The position numbers and the translations under genes were made by a program. From the NCBI GenBank assembly GCA_015680685.1, contig MNCI01001305.1:217887-281886 (forward strand): 64,000 nt of DNA, given 5' to 3'. This document shows, piece by piece, positions 62,560-64,000 of this stretch (position 1 is the first letter of the stretch; every line of letters starts with the position of its first letter). The notes under the pieces were generated by a model that saw only the letters and a program-made list of their open reading frames with translations, did not search any database and was not told the DNA's origin. This DNA is from Gnetum montanum. Lineage: Eukaryota; Plantae; Gnetophyta.

Positions 62560-63350
62560 TTGCCGGATTCCAAGGGAATCGTCAAGGCAACCGATCTATA
62601 CCACACAAAGCATAAAAAACCTCCAAGGGTGTCACATCTATGCCTGTGCGCGATGAGGTACAAAAAACGTGGAGGACTACCGTAAGGCAAGTTCAGTTGA
62701 CAAACGATCAAAAAGGCTTTATGTCCCGCAGGATTCTGGAGGGACCGTCAAGGTGACTGACCTACACCACACAAGGCGTAAACGACCTCCAAGGGTGTCA
62801 CATTTTCACCTGCACTGGTTAGGGTGCAGAACACATGCAGGACTACTGTAAAAAGGAAAGGCAAGTTAAATCGCCATTGGAAGGCTTATTATCTTGTAAG
62901 GTTCTAGAGGAACTGTTGAGACAACCGATCTACACCATATGACGTGTAAACAACCACAAATGGGTGTCAAGTATACGCTAATGCAAGCCGAGGTGTGGAA
63001 GTAGTACAAGACTACCGTAAGATGAGCAAATTAACTAGCGACCATGTAGGCATTATGTATTGCAAGATCCTGGAGGGACCGTCAAGGTGACCGGTCTGTA
63101 CCACGCTGGATGGGGTACAGAATGTAGGCAAGACAACCATAGGATGGGCAAGCTAGCTAGAAATCAGGTAGGCTTTATATCTCGTAGGATCCTAGAGGGA
63201 CCGTCGAGGTGACCAATCTATACCACACAGGATGGGGTTCAAAACGCATGCAAGACAACCATAGAATGAGCTAGTTAACTGGCAATCAGAGGTCTTATGC
63301 TCCGTATGGTTTCGAAGGAACCATCGGGGCGACCAATCTACACCACACAG
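62560..63350 (-). repeat. Six-copy degenerate tandem repeat (121-168 bp period) in the 5' leader of B
   Basis: The core ggatcctggagggaccgtcaaggtgaccgatctacaccac occurs at ~62566, 62731, 62899, 63065, 63187 and 63308. Confidence 0.85.
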
Positions 63351-63451
63351 AGTGCAAATAAGTGCAAGAGGGTTTTGTGTTTATGCTCATGTGTATCAGG
63401 GTGCAGAAGGCTTAAAGAACTACCATGACATGTGGCAAAGGCACCAAAAGG

Positions 63452-63468
63452 CCCTCCTTCTAGCACCA
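63452..63468 (-). other. PBS of element B (tRNA-Asn complementary)
   Basis: The minus strand reads TGGTGCTAGAAGGAGGG, 6 nt from the LTR end. Confidence 0.9.
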
Positions 63469-63474
63469 GAAAAT

Positions 63475-64000
63475 TGTAGCGACCGAAAACATCGGTGACT
63501 GGAAGAATGCTGGGGTCAGCAGACATGACAGTTCCAACCCCATATCTACGAGAGGGCGGTCCTGGGTGTGTGTGAACATAGGGTGCCCTGAATGGTCTGG
63601 TCAATCAGATAGGGACTTACATCAGTGTCAATATAGCCTTTTGCAATGTAAATAACACGAAATGCGAGATAATGCTTACGAGTAAATAAAGCAAGAGAAA
63701 AACTATGAAAGTGAAACAGTAATAAAAAATAATGCTTAAATATGAACAAAACAAAAAATAATGCAAAGAAACGAGACAACAAATGGAGGATAAAGTAGAG
63801 TATGGTTAGAAACATGCATCACTCCAAAGGTACAAACTCGTCCTGTCAGGATGGATATAATCGACTGCACAGCGTGATAGAGTGCAGAGGTCCCAAGAGC
63901 AACCGAGGCATGCCGGAAAAAGAAAAGAGCTATGCGCTTGGACATGGACTTCACGTACAAACAATGCAAGGCTCTACCAAGGTGGTAGAACGAAGATGGG
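63475..64000 (-). repeat. 5' LTR of element B (partial)
   Basis: Direct-repeat homolog of 46527-47050, adjacent to the PBS. Confidence 0.92.

Larger units (their letters stand above)
46527..64000 (-). mobile_element. Element B: near full-length Tat-clade Ty3/Gypsy retrotransposon (>17.5 kb); 5' LTR runs off the window end
   Basis: Two LTR copies (46527-48268 and 63475-64000+), PBS 63452-63468, PPT 48269-48281, and the order gag-PR / spacer / RT-RH-aRH-INT. Confidence 0.95.

Noticed and set aside
62560-63350. Repeat-spacer pattern resembling a CRISPR array
   Set aside because: The inter-core segments are homologous to each other, the cores are degenerate, there are no cas genes, and the array lies in a plant retrotransposon leader.
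63452-63468. tRNA gene fragments
   Set aside because: These are only 16-18 nt complements of tRNA 3' ends adjacent to LTRs, i.e. primer-binding sites; no cloverleaf is present.

Overview
AT-rich, CpG/CHG-decayed land-plant heterochromatin. The 64 kb is tiled end to end by nested, pseudogenised Ty3/Gypsy LTR retrotransposons, and I found no host gene. From LTR termini, PBS, PPT and hand translation I resolve ten pieces, using my own labels. Three are Athila-type: I 1-3135 (-), H 3136-5034 (-), G 31892-32708 (+). Six are Tat-clade elements sharing TGAAACA LTR starts, a tRNA-Asn PBS and an AAAGAGGGGCCAA PPT: C 5035-15110 (-), D 15111-28853 (+), E 28854-30189 (-), F 30190-31891 (-), A 32709-46526 (+), B 46527-64000+ (-). 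One is an LTR-like insert, J 16977-20157. The main signal is in A and B, and partly C. There gag-protease and RT-RH-aRH-integrase are separated by a ~6 kb spacer ending at a conserved cag|GTC acceptor-like site. That spacer holds a conserved antisense, multi-exon gene with its own TATA box. Its protein begins with an FCP1/NIF (HAD-family, CTD-phosphatase-like) domain lacking the catalytic aspartates, followed by an unknown globular domain, an acidic tract and a coiled coil. All coordinates and alignments were done by eye and may be off by a few bases; no database searches were run.
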